A stretch of DNA of 48,105 nt, taken from NCBI GenBank assembly GCA_947306315.1, contig CAMZGF010000001.1, forward strand, positions 1-48,105, written 5' to 3'. Source of the stretch: an uncultured Candidatus Saccharibacteria bacterium (GTDB lineage Bacteria; Patescibacteriota; Saccharimonadia; Saccharimonadales; Saccharimonadaceae). The notes beneath the pieces were generated by a model. The model was not told the origin of the DNA. It saw only the letters and a program-made list of their open reading frames with translations, and made no database searches. This document shows, in pieces, positions 26,990 through 36,403 of the stretch. Made by a program: the position numbers and the translations under genes. Position 1 is the first letter of the stretch. The number at the start of each line of letters is the position of its first letter.

Positions 26990-27017
26990 GCCCTGCTTCT
27001 TATGAGCAGGGCTTTTT
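26990..27017 (+). terminator. Intrinsic terminator
   Basis: GCCCTGCTT-cttat-GAGCAGGGC-TTTTT. Confidence 0.85.
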
Positions 27018-27034
27018 CATGTTAAAATATAGAT

Positions 27035-28435
27035 ATGGAAAACGAACAGACATTTTTCTTCTATGACCTTGAGACAAGCGGCCTCTCTCCAAAAACCGAC
27101 CGTATTATGCAATTTGCCGGAATTCGCACAGACCTTGATTTCAACCAAATCGGTGAGCCGGTTAATATTCTTGTCAAACTTTCTAATGATATACTTCCGT
27201 CTCCGAGAGCTATTAAGGTTACGGGAATTACTCCGCAATCGACGCAACTTGATGGTTTAACTGAGCCGGAATTTTGTAAATTCGTCCAAGAAGATATCTT
27301 TACGCCAGGGACAATTGCAGTTGGTTATAACTCAATTCGTTTTGATGACGAACATATGCGCTATACTTTTTATCGCAATTTTTACGATCCATATGAATGG
27401 GAATGGAAAGATAGTCGCAGTCGTTGGGACTTACTCGATGTTGTAAGGATGGTTCGTGCTTTGCGTCCAGAGGGGATTAAGTGGCCAGTTGGCGCCGACG
27501 GAAAACCAAATAACCGTCTCGAGAATCTAACAAAGGAGAATAATCTTCCGCACGAGCATGCGCATGATGCACTTTCCGACGTTGAAGCTCTAATTTCGGT
27601 GACAAAAATGGTAAAGGAAAAACAGCCAAAGCTCTATGATTATCTCTTTAAGATGAGAAATAAGCGAGAAATTGCACGCCAGTTAATGATTGGTTCGAAT
27701 ATGCCAATCGTCTACACCTCCGGGCGTTATTCTTCGAAGACGCATCATACTGCGGTTGTTTTGCCGTTCTGCACACTCGAAAACGGCAATGTGCTGGTTT
27801 TTGATCTTCGCTATAATATTGAGGAGCTATTGAAAGCTGAAGAAGAATTTGTCCCAGATGAAAAGTGTAAAACTTTCAGTTGGTACCCAATTGTAAAGGA
27901 GCTTGCTCTAAATAAATGTCCATGTATTGCACCAGTTACTGTTCTCGATGCAGTCGCTGAAGGACAGAAAAATGGCTGGAATAGGCTTGAACTTGAGAAA
28001 GAACAGGTCGAGAAAAACAAGGAAGTTTTTCTAAAACACCTCGATGATTTCCGTATTCGAATGTCAAAAAAAGTGGAAGAAAAAAAGGAAACTTATGAAA
28101 AATCTGATGATGTTGATGCAGCGCTCTATGAGGGTTTTATCCCCGATAGCGACAAGGTAAAAATGAAAGATGTGCGTGGTCGCAATGCAAATGAGCTCGC
28201 AGACTATCACCCACTGTTTGAGGATCCGCGTCTTTCTGAGCTTTTGTTCCGCTATAAGGGCCGCAATTTTCCAGAGTCGCTTGATGAAAAAGAACAAGAA
28301 AAATGGGACAAATACCGAATTTCTCACCTTCAGGCTCAAGAAGCTAAATTCGTTGCGGAACTTGAGGAAATTAAAGATGAAATTGACCCGTCAATCCTCG
28401 AAGATCTTCTGCTCTGGTACCAATCTCTCGCCTAG
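27035..28435 (+). CDS. sbcB: Exodeoxyribonuclease I
   Basis: FYDLETSG, QFAGIRTD, GYNSIRFDDE, RPEGIKWP, AHDALSDV, NKCP and LFRYKGRNFP. Confidence 0.95.
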   Translation: MENEQTFFFYDLETSGLSPKTDRIMQFAGIRTDLDFNQIGEPVNILVKLSNDILPSPRAIKVTGITPQSTQLDGLTEPEFCKFVQEDIFTPGTIAVGYNSIRFDDEHMRYTFYRNFYDPYEWEWKDSRSRWDLLDVVRMVRALRPEGIKWPVGADGKPNNRLENLTKENNLPHEHAHDALSDVEALISVTKMVKEKQPKLYDYLFKMRNKREIARQLMIGSNMPIVYTSGRYSSKTHHTAVVLPFCTLENGNVLVFDLRYNIEELLKAEEEFVPDEKCKTFSWYPIVKELALNKCPCIAPVTVLDAVAEGQKNGWNRLELEKEQVEKNKEVFLKHLDDFRIRMSKKVEEKKETYEKSDDVDAALYEGFIPDSDKVKMKDVRGRNANELADYHPLFEDPRLSELLFRYKGRNFPESLDEKEQEKWDKYRISHLQAQEAKFVAELEEIKDEIDPSILEDLLLWYQSLA

Positions 28436-28440
28436 AAGTC

Positions 28441-28469
28441 TAGACTTTTTCGCGTTTTTATGCTAAAAT
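28441..28469 (+). promoter_or_regulatory. Promoter of uvrA
   Basis: TAGACT-17 bp-TAAAAT with an extended TG; AAGGAG SD at 28481-86. Confidence 0.7.
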
Positions 28470-28492
28470 ATACGCGTTTTAAGGAGAGAATT

Positions 28493-31414
28493 ATGACTAG
28501 TGGACTACTTAGCCCAGCCGGAATCAAGATGCAGAATGGTGATGCGAATTGTATAAAAATTCGAGGCGCAAGACAGCATAATTTAAAAGATATTGATGTT
28601 GATATTCCACGCGAAAAACTCGTTGTTATTACGGGTCTTTCTGGCTCTGGAAAATCAAGCCTAGCTTTTGATACGATTTACGCCGAAGGCCAACGCCGTT
28701 ATGTTGAATCTCTTTCAAGCTACGCCAGAATGTTTCTCGGCGTAATGGATAAACCTGATGTCGACACGATTACTGGCCTCTCCCCGGCAATTTCGATTGA
28801 TCAGAAATCAACGTCCAGAAACCCTCGTTCAACTGTCGCAACCGTTACTGAAGTCTATGATTATCTCCGTCTTCTTTTTGCTCGCGTTGGTGTTCCACAC
28901 TGTCCAATCTGCCATCGCGAAGTGTCTCGTCGTTCGGTCGAAGACATTGTTAATGAAGTAATGAAACTTCCACTAGGCAGCAAACTCATGCTTCTCGCGC
29001 CAATTGTTCAACAGAAAAAAGGTGAATTCCAGCATATTTCTGAACAGTTTATCCAAAAAGGCTTCAGCCGTGTACGCGTCGATGGTATCGTCTACGCGCT
29101 TGATGAGTTTCCGATGCTTGAGAAAAACGTTAAGCATGATATCGAAATCGTCGTTGATCGTTTTGTACTTAGTCCAGATCTTCTGTCTCGCATTTCTGGC
29201 TCAATCGAACAGGCGCTCGATTTCGGCCAGGGAATTATTAAGCTTCTAAAAATTAATGATAATTCTAGCTCAATTGAACAGAAAAATCTTAGTACAGACA
29301 CAGAAGTTCTTACTTATTCTCAGCGCTATGCTTGTGAATACCACCCAGATGAGCTTATTCCTGAACTCGAGCCACGTCTCTTTTCGTTCAATGCCCCACA
29401 AGGCGCATGTCCGACATGTACTGGTCTAGGTAGTCGCCTCGAAATCGATCCAGACCTTGTCTTTAACAAAAATCTCACAATCGCCGAAGGCGGTATTCGT
29501 CCATTTAATAGAATCCGTGATGATTCTTGGTGGATGAAACGTCTTAATGCCGTTGCGGTGCGTCATGGATTCTCGATTCACACTCCGATTAAGGATTTAA
29601 CTGATGAACAACGTCATATGATTTTATATGGTACTGGCGATGAAAAATACCAGGTGAAGATTATTGGTTCAGGTAAATTCCAAGCAGGTGCAGTTTATGA
29701 ATCGACCTACGAGGGTGTTATTCCAACTCTTGAACGTCGCCACAAAGAAACTGATTCAGATTTCATTAGAAAAGATATTGAACGTTTCATGCGCGTTCGT
29801 GAATGTCAGTCTTGCCATGGTGCAAGATTGAAACCTGTAGTTCTCGCAGTTACAATTCATGGTTTAAACATTGTTGATATGTGCAATCTCGATGTTGATC
29901 AGACGCTCGAAGTTTTAAACCAAGATCTTGGATTCACCGAATCAGAAGAAATGATCGCAAAGCCGATTTTAAAGGAGATTAAAGAGCGCATTAAATTTAT
30001 GCAGGATGTTGGCCTTGGATATATTGAACTCGGCCGCGCAGCTAATACGCTTTCTGGTGGTGAGGCTCAGCGTATTCGTCTTGCAACTCAGATTGGCTCT
30101 GGCCTTCAAGGCGTGCTTTATGTCCTTGATGAACCTTCAATCGGTCTTCATCAACGCGATAATGATAAGCTTATTGCAACTCTAAAACACCTTCGTGATT
30201 TAAAAAATACTGTACTTGTTGTCGAACATGACGAAGATACAATGTTAAGTTCTGATTATATTATTGACATTGGTCCAAAAGCAGGTAATCTTGGTGGTGA
30301 AGTGGTTGCAGTCGGCACTCCGGATGAAATTATGAAAAATGAGAATTCAATCACCGGTAAATATCTTTCTGGAAAAATGACAATTGATGTTCCAAAAAAG
30401 CGTCGCAAGGCAAAACCGGGGAAAGAATTGATTGTTAAAGGTGCACGCGAAAATAATCTTAAAAATATCGACGTGAGATTCCCGCTCGGTGTCATGACTG
30501 TCGTTTCTGGCGTTTCTGGTTCCGGAAAATCAACGCTTGTAAACGAAATCCTTGCAAATGATCTTCTTGCTCGTTATCACCATGCACAAACCGTTCCTGG
30601 AACTCACGATGCAATTGAGGGAACCGAAAATCTAGATAAGTGTATTGTAATCGACCAATCACCAATCGGCCGCACTCCACGTTCTAATCCAGCAACTTAC
30701 ACTGGTGTCTTTAACCAAATCCGCGAACTCTTTGCAAAACAGCCAGAAGCTGAAATCCGTGGATATAAAGCTGGTCGTTTCAGCTTTAACGTTAAAGGTG
30801 GTCGCTGTGAGCATTGTCAGGGTGACGGTGTAAATAAAATCGAAATGCACTTCTTACCAGATGTTTATGTGACTTGTCCTGCCTGTCACGGTAAGCGTTA
30901 TAACCGTGAGGCTCTCGAGATTAAATATAAAGGCAAAAGTATCAGCGATGTACTTGATATGACGATCGACGAAGCAGTTGAATTCTTCAAGAATATTCCA
31001 GCGATTGTTCCAAAACTCAAAACCATTCAAGAAGTTGGTCTCGGCTACATTCGTCTTGGTCAACCGGCAACTACGTTCTCTGGCGGCGAAGCTCAGCGTA
31101 TTAAACTCGCGACGGAGCTCGCTCGTCGCTCAACTGGAAAAACTCTTTATATCTTAGATGAGCCAACTACTGGTCTTCATACTGACGATGTTAAGCGCCT
31201 TCTTCAAATTCTAAATCGTCTCGTTGATGGCGGAAACTCAATGGTTATTATCGAACATAACCTTCATGTTATTAAGTCCGCTGACTGGATTATCGACATG
31301 GGCCCAGAAGGTGGTCAAAATGGCGGCCAAGTTATTGCTGAAGGCACTCCTGAGGACCTTGCAAAAAGAACAGATACGCCAACCGGTATTTTCTTGAAAA
31401 ATCTGATGAAATAG
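28493..31414 (+). CDS. uvrA: Excinuclease ABC subunit A
   Basis: GARQHNLK, GLSGSGKSSLAFDT, two SGGEAQRI signatures, Zn-finger Cys pairs and GRTPRSNPATY. Start set at the SD-preceded ATG 28493. Confidence 0.98.
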   Translation: MTSGLLSPAGIKMQNGDANCIKIRGARQHNLKDIDVDIPREKLVVITGLSGSGKSSLAFDTIYAEGQRRYVESLSSYARMFLGVMDKPDVDTITGLSPAISIDQKSTSRNPRSTVATVTEVYDYLRLLFARVGVPHCPICHREVSRRSVEDIVNEVMKLPLGSKLMLLAPIVQQKKGEFQHISEQFIQKGFSRVRVDGIVYALDEFPMLEKNVKHDIEIVVDRFVLSPDLLSRISGSIEQALDFGQGIIKLLKINDNSSSIEQKNLSTDTEVLTYSQRYACEYHPDELIPELEPRLFSFNAPQGACPTCTGLGSRLEIDPDLVFNKNLTIAEGGIRPFNRIRDDSWWMKRLNAVAVRHGFSIHTPIKDLTDEQRHMILYGTGDEKYQVKIIGSGKFQAGAVYESTYEGVIPTLERRHKETDSDFIRKDIERFMRVRECQSCHGARLKPVVLAVTIHGLNIVDMCNLDVDQTLEVLNQDLGFTESEEMIAKPILKEIKERIKFMQDVGLGYIELGRAANTLSGGEAQRIRLATQIGSGLQGVLYVLDEPSIGLHQRDNDKLIATLKHLRDLKNTVLVVEHDEDTMLSSDYIIDIGPKAGNLGGEVVAVGTPDEIMKNENSITGKYLSGKMTIDVPKKRRKAKPGKELIVKGARENNLKNIDVRFPLGVMTVVSGVSGSGKSTLVNEILANDLLARYHHAQTVPGTHDAIEGTENLDKCIVIDQSPIGRTPRSNPATYTGVFNQIRELFAKQPEAEIRGYKAGRFSFNVKGGRCEHCQGDGVNKIEMHFLPDVYVTCPACHGKRYNREALEIKYKGKSISDVLDMTIDEAVEFFKNIPAIVPKLKTIQEVGLGYIRLGQPATTFSGGEAQRIKLATELARRSTGKTLYILDEPTTGLHTDDVKRLLQILNRLVDGGNSMVIIEHNLHVIKSADWIIDMGPEGGQNGGQVIAEGTPEDLAKRTDTPTGIFLKNLMK

Positions 31415-31422
31415 TGTATAAT
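31394..31422 (+). promoter_or_regulatory. Promoter of rplY
   Basis: TTGAAA-17 bp-TATAAT. Confidence 0.65.
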
Positions 31423-31450
31423 TGAAAGAAGTTTTAAATAAAGGAAAAAT

Positions 31451-32128
31451 ATGTCTGATATTAAGTTAAGCTTAAACGCTAGAACTTCGACTGGCAAGAA
31501 AACTGCTGGTCTCCGTGCTCAGGGTCTCATTCCTTCTGTAATTTATGGTGAAGGTGAGCCTGTTCTCGCACAAAGCGCCTACAACGAGACTGAAAAAGCT
31601 CTTCTCGCTGCTGGCTACCACTCAACAATCGATGTTGATTTCGACGGCAAAAAGAAAATGGTCATCGTTAAGGATGTTAACCTCGATCCAGTTTCACGCA
31701 AGATTGTAAACGTTGAATTTCAAGCTGTTTCAGCAAACCAAGCTATCGAAGCAACAACTCCAATCGTTCTTGTAAACTTCGAAACTTCAGATGCAAATAA
31801 AGCTCATCTCGCAATCCTTCAAGTTATGGAAGAAATTGAAGTTAAAGCTAAACCGTCTGATCTTCCAAAAGAAATTACTATTGATGCATCTAAACTTGCA
31901 ACTCTCGAAGATAAAATCACTGTTGCTGACATCGTTCTTCCAAAAGGTGTTGAATTTGCAGATAAAGAGCTTGATATGAATTCTGCAATCGCAATCCTAT
32001 CAGATCCAGCTGCTGAAGCTGCTGCACGTGAGGCTGAAGATGCTGCTGCTAAAGAAGCTGGTGAAACAGCTGCAGCCGACGTCCCAAGTGATAATGGCAC
32101 AAAACCTGAAGAAGCTACTGAAGAATAA
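31451..32128 (+). CDS. rplY: 50S ribosomal protein L25 (long CTC type)
   Basis: GKK...LRAQGLIPSVIYG, VKDVNLDPV, PSDLPKEITID and an acidic tail. Confidence 0.93.
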   Translation: MSDIKLSLNARTSTGKKTAGLRAQGLIPSVIYGEGEPVLAQSAYNETEKALLAAGYHSTIDVDFDGKKKMVIVKDVNLDPVSRKIVNVEFQAVSANQAIEATTPIVLVNFETSDANKAHLAILQVMEEIEVKAKPSDLPKEITIDASKLATLEDKITVADIVLPKGVEFADKELDMNSAIAILSDPAAEAAAREAEDAAAKEAGETAAADVPSDNGTKPEEATEE

Positions 32129-32135
32129 TTCTTCT

Positions 32136-32166
32136 AAAAAGAGCCCCATATTGGGGCTCTTTTTTT
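32136..32166 (+). terminator. Intrinsic terminator after rplY
   Basis: AAAAAGAGCCCCA-tat-TGGGGCTCTTTTTTT. Confidence 0.9.
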
Positions 32167-32170
32167 GTTC

Positions 32171-32199
32171 TTGACACTTCAAAAAGCTAATGGTAAAAT
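32171..32199 (+). promoter_or_regulatory. Sigma70 promoter of surface paralog A
   Basis: TTGACA-17 bp-TAAAAT with an extended TG. Confidence 0.8.
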
Positions 32200-32227
32200 A
32201 ATATTGGCTATATAAGGTCAAATAAAA

Positions 32228-34939
32228 ATGAAAAATCTCCACAAAAATATCACTATCTTTTCTCTATTTTTACTTGGGGCTTTAATTATCGGTTATATTT
32301 TCCCGCCAGTCTTTCAATCAAAAGCTAATACTATTGCAGATGGGTCCGAAGCATACCTTGCATCTGTCTCAGCTGACGACACAGTGACAATATCTGCCAC
32401 TCCAACCTCAACCCAAACTATCTTTACCGGAACCAGCACCGTCTCATATACAAATACTTGTGATGAGGGTTTTTATCTCTACCTCTCTTCGGACTCGGAA
32501 GAAACCGATCTTGTCCGTAGTGATGATACAGATTATAAAATCCCAACTATTTCGTCTGGTACAGCCCTAGCTAATAATACCTGGGGTTATTCTATTAATA
32601 GTGGATCTACTTATAATAAGATTCCTGTATTGTCGAACCCAGACACAATCCTTGACGTAACTTCTACTAATACGACAGCTAACACTCTTGGAGTTGATTT
32701 TAGTATTAAAATCGATAACAACGTTCCTGCTGGCTCATATGAAAAAACGATGGTTTATACGCTTGTCGCAAAGCAAAGTTGCTATGCGTATGATGTTTCA
32801 TGGGACGCTAATACTGGTACTAATCCTGAAGATCTTCCAGATGCAGTGAATTTAAATGGTACGCTTAACCTTTCTGCTCTTCCTAGACCAACAAAAAATT
32901 ATTATACATTTAATGGTTGGTCAAATGGATCAACAGCGTTCACTGGTAATGAAACAGAAGCAGATATCAATCCAAATGATGAATCGAGCGTGACTATGAC
33001 TGCTCTCTGGAAGCCTACTGATTACGAAATTACATATAATCTTGATGGTGGCGAAGCATCAAACCCAGAAACATATAATATCGAATCAAATACAATTACG
33101 CTTTCTGCTCCAACAAAAAGAAGCTATAGCTTTAGAGGATGGAGTGGAACAGATCTAGATGGTGATGATAATACTGTAGTTACTATTCCAACTGGTTCTC
33201 ATGATGATAGAAACTATACTGCAAACTGGGATGAAGCATGTGCATTCACATCTCAAGATTTCGACTATACTGGTAATATTCAAGAATGGACTGTTCCAGC
33301 AAATTGTGAAGGTATCTATATTTTGGAGACTTGGGGTGCGCAAGGCGGTCGTGGCGGTAGAGGCGGATATAGTAAAGGCAACGTTACTTTAGCTGCCGGT
33401 GAAACAATTTATGCAGTTGTCGGCGGCGCTGGTACTTATAACTACGCTATGAATATTGGTTCATATGGTGGCGGTTATAATGGCGGCGGTAACGGCTATC
33501 ACTCAGGCTGGGAAGGTGACTGGGCTTGGGGTATCGGTGCCGGTGGTGGTGCAACACACTTTGGTAAAACCAACGCGCTCCTGTCTGCAACTGATAGTGA
33601 AGATGTCTTCCTTGTAGCAGGTGGTGGCGGTGGCTACTTTGACGGTAGCTCATCACATGGCGACAATACTAAACATCTCGCAGGTGGCGTTGGCGGTGGT
33701 ACAACTGGTGGTGGCGGTTCTTATGGTAGAGGCGCAAGCTATGGTGGTGGCGGTGGATATCAGGGGGGTCGTTCATATTCTGGAAATAATGGTGCATTAG
33801 GTGGCACCGGTTATATCGGTGGTGTTACGAGTGGTACGACAATTAATGGTAATGCGGCGATGCCTAAGATAGACGGAACCGGTGATGAGAGTGGACATGG
33901 CGGAAATGGATATGCAAGAATTACCTACGTAGGTAGGGGAATTACGATTACATATAATACCCTAGGCGGAACTCTTGATTCGTATACTAAATTCCTTCCA
34001 TCAGTGGGTGAAGTCGGTGAGTTACCTGTTCCAACAAAAACTGGCACATTCTTCTGGGGTTGGTACTCGGACCCTGACTTTATCAACTTCGTTACTCCGG
34101 AAACCGTTGTAACTAACAACATTACATTTTATGCAAGATGGGATGCGAATGGACTAGATTTAGACTATGCCGGTATTCTTCAAGGCTTCTATATTGCGGA
34201 AACCGGAACTTATCGCTTAGAAGCATGGGGTGCGGAAGGGGGTAAAATCGGAAATTATGGTGGCGGTCGTGGCGGCTATGCTATCGGTGATATCGAGCTC
34301 GAAGCAGGCACAATGCTATATTACGCAGTTGGCGGTAAAGGCGGAGATAGTGGTGTAACTCATGCTGGCCAAGCTGAATACCAGAATTATTGTCACGGTG
34401 TTGCTGGAGGCTTTAATGGCGGTGGTGCCGGTAGCTGGGGATGTCACTGGAATAGTATGGCTTCTGGTATGGCTTCTGGTGGAGGTGCAACACATGTTGG
34501 TAAAACAAACACTCTCTTGAGTGGAACTGATCCAAGCGATGTCTTGATTGTAGCTGCTGGTGGAGGAGGTGGTGGTATGAAGACTGGTTGGACGAATGAA
34601 GGTGATGGCTATACAAATGGCTCTAGCGGTGGCTTTGGTGGTGGTTTGTCTGGAGGTAGTGCAGAACAGCGTGATATGCCATGGGGCGCAACTGCCGGAG
34701 TTGGTGCAACTCAAACTACTGGTTATGCGTTTGGTCAAGGCGCAAGCTATGGTGGCGGCGGTGGCTGGTACGGTGGTACTGGTGGTAGTTCACTCGGCGG
34801 TGGCGGTGGCTCAAGCTATATCGATGCGCTTTCTAATGCAAGCACTATTGCAGGTAATAAAGCTATGCCAACTATAGATGGCAGTAGTACGATGACTGGA
34901 AATACTGGACACGGACATCTTAAAATCACAAAGCTTTAG
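32228..34939 (+). CDS. Large secreted surface protein: WxL/pilin-like N-domain, InlB B-type repeats, two ALK/LTK-type glycine-rich domains
   Basis: Signal peptide; NNTWGYS...AGSYEKTMVYT; three repeats of the Y.I.Y...GG...PTK..Y.F.GW...A.W type; two LE.WGA.GG...GGRGGY...GGGATH...V(A)AGGGGG domains. Confidence 0.8.
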   Translation: MKNLHKNITIFSLFLLGALIIGYIFPPVFQSKANTIADGSEAYLASVSADDTVTISATPTSTQTIFTGTSTVSYTNTCDEGFYLYLSSDSEETDLVRSDDTDYKIPTISSGTALANNTWGYSINSGSTYNKIPVLSNPDTILDVTSTNTTANTLGVDFSIKIDNNVPAGSYEKTMVYTLVAKQSCYAYDVSWDANTGTNPEDLPDAVNLNGTLNLSALPRPTKNYYTFNGWSNGSTAFTGNETEADINPNDESSVTMTALWKPTDYEITYNLDGGEASNPETYNIESNTITLSAPTKRSYSFRGWSGTDLDGDDNTVVTIPTGSHDDRNYTANWDEACAFTSQDFDYTGNIQEWTVPANCEGIYILETWGAQGGRGGRGGYSKGNVTLAAGETIYAVVGGAGTYNYAMNIGSYGGGYNGGGNGYHSGWEGDWAWGIGAGGGATHFGKTNALLSATDSEDVFLVAGGGGGYFDGSSSHGDNTKHLAGGVGGGTTGGGGSYGRGASYGGGGGYQGGRSYSGNNGALGGTGYIGGVTSGTTINGNAAMPKIDGTGDESGHGGNGYARITYVGRGITITYNTLGGTLDSYTKFLPSVGEVGELPVPTKTGTFFWGWYSDPDFINFVTPETVVTNNITFYARWDANGLDLDYAGILQGFYIAETGTYRLEAWGAEGGKIGNYGGGRGGYAIGDIELEAGTMLYYAVGGKGGDSGVTHAGQAEYQNYCHGVAGGFNGGGAGSWGCHWNSMASGMASGGGATHVGKTNTLLSGTDPSDVLIVAAGGGGGGMKTGWTNEGDGYTNGSSGGFGGGLSGGSAEQRDMPWGATAGVGATQTTGYAFGQGASYGGGGGWYGGTGGSSLGGGGGSSYIDALSNASTIAGNKAMPTIDGSSTMTGNTGHGHLKITKL

Positions 34940-34954
34940 AATGTGTTATTCTTA

Positions 34955-34997
34955 TTGACAATATGATTATGCTTATGTTAAAATTATGCTAACATAA
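34955..34997 (+). promoter_or_regulatory. Promoter with overlapping inverted repeat, upstream of paralogs B and C
   Basis: TTGACA-18 bp-TAAAAT; TTATGTTA-9-TAACATAA at 34973-34997. Confidence 0.7.
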
Positions 34998-35010
34998 TAA
35001 GGTCATAAAA

Positions 35011-36381
35011 ATGAAAATCTCCACACAAGAACAAAAGACCGATAAGTATGCTGTTGTTGGCGGCATTGGCGTCTTTTCGGTAGCTTTGTTAGCTGCTTTG
35101 TCAGCTGCATATATCTATTCACCAATAATTGATACGAATGCTGCCGAATCTAGGGAAGTCGATGTTAATCTTACAGTTTCATCAGCACTTTCTCTATCAA
35201 CAAACACAAATAATCTAGCGCTTTCTGCTGGGCTCGATGAATTTGTCTACGGATCAATAAACGCGAATGTCATGACAAATTCCCAATATGGATACACTTT
35301 GGCTCTTGAGGATTCTGATAATAGTTCAAATATGACCCATGAAAATACATCTATTCTAGATGCGATCTCATCTTCTTTCTCTGGCGCAAAAACAAGCGCA
35401 ACGATGGCTGATAATACTTGGGGATTCTCCCTTGATGAAACAGACTTCTATATGATCCCTACTTTAGGAAATCCAGTCGCCTTAAAACGCACTAATTCAC
35501 CAATGACTGCAGACTATGAAACTACGAAGGTTGATTTCGGTGTAAAGGTTGGTCCAACTCTTACGGCTGGTACTTATACTGATACCGTAAAATTTACAGC
35601 ATATGTAAATGGTGTTGATGGAAATCCAGCAGACGGTACTGAACCTCTTAACCCAGGGGTACCACCTGAAACTAGAACGATTTCCGATATTACAACAATG
35701 CAAGAAGTAAGCCATAAAATCTGTGCAAATTCAGCAATTGGCGCAGTTGCAAACCTTACTGACACTCGCGATAATAATGTTTATTCTGTCGAAAAACTCA
35801 ACGACGGCAATTGTTGGATGACCTCAGATTTGAGGCTTATTGACTATACTCTTACTAGCGCGGATTCAGACGTCCCAGCTGGCTACTCATTTACCTTACC
35901 GGCATCAGATATGAATAGCTTTAATGCTGTCGGTGATGATAGTGTTGATTCGGGTAATAGATTCAGGGTTGTCGCAGCTTACTACGATGAAACATACGGC
36001 GGCTATTATAATTATTATACCGCTGTAGCTGGTTGGCATGGCGATGAGGCGAGCGTTAATGTAAACTCCCCACAAAGCCTTTGTCCTAAGGGCTGGAGAC
36101 TTCCGACCGGTACTTATGGTGGTGAATATGAAACCTTGAATTATTCAGCTTATAATTATAGCGACACTGCTACTATTGCAGCTCTAAAACTTCAGCTTCG
36201 TGGACAAACTCACTATTCTGGTGAACTTGACGGCGTAGGCGTCTATGGTTCATGGTGGTCTGCATCAGTCTATCCTGGATACACCTTCGCACAATATGCA
36301 TCTGTATATATTGATGATATAAACCCAGCTGGCTATGCAAGCCCATCCACAAGCGCAGGTATACGTTGTATTGTAAGATAA
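35011..36381 (+). CDS. Secreted protein: WxL/pilin-like N-domain plus FISUMP (Fib_succ_major) domain, paralog B
   Basis: TNSQYGYTL, DNTWGFS and AGTYTDTV; D.RD...Y......CWMT, YGGYYNY, CPKGWRLPT, WWSAS and GIRC. Confidence 0.85.
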   Translation: MKISTQEQKTDKYAVVGGIGVFSVALLAALSAAYIYSPIIDTNAAESREVDVNLTVSSALSLSTNTNNLALSAGLDEFVYGSINANVMTNSQYGYTLALEDSDNSSNMTHENTSILDAISSSFSGAKTSATMADNTWGFSLDETDFYMIPTLGNPVALKRTNSPMTADYETTKVDFGVKVGPTLTAGTYTDTVKFTAYVNGVDGNPADGTEPLNPGVPPETRTISDITTMQEVSHKICANSAIGAVANLTDTRDNNVYSVEKLNDGNCWMTSDLRLIDYTLTSADSDVPAGYSFTLPASDMNSFNAVGDDSVDSGNRFRVVAAYYDETYGGYYNYYTAVAGWHGDEASVNVNSPQSLCPKGWRLPTGTYGGEYETLNYSAYNYSDTATIAALKLQLRGQTHYSGELDGVGVYGSWWSASVYPGYTFAQYASVYIDDINPAGYASPSTSAGIRCIVR

Positions 36382-36403
36382 TAAACTGAAGGATAAAACA
36401 AAA

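Noticed and set aside
33340..34810. GGT/GGC-rich runs as DNA repeats or a foreign high-GC island
   Set aside because: They are fully explained by glycine codons of the glycine-rich domains.
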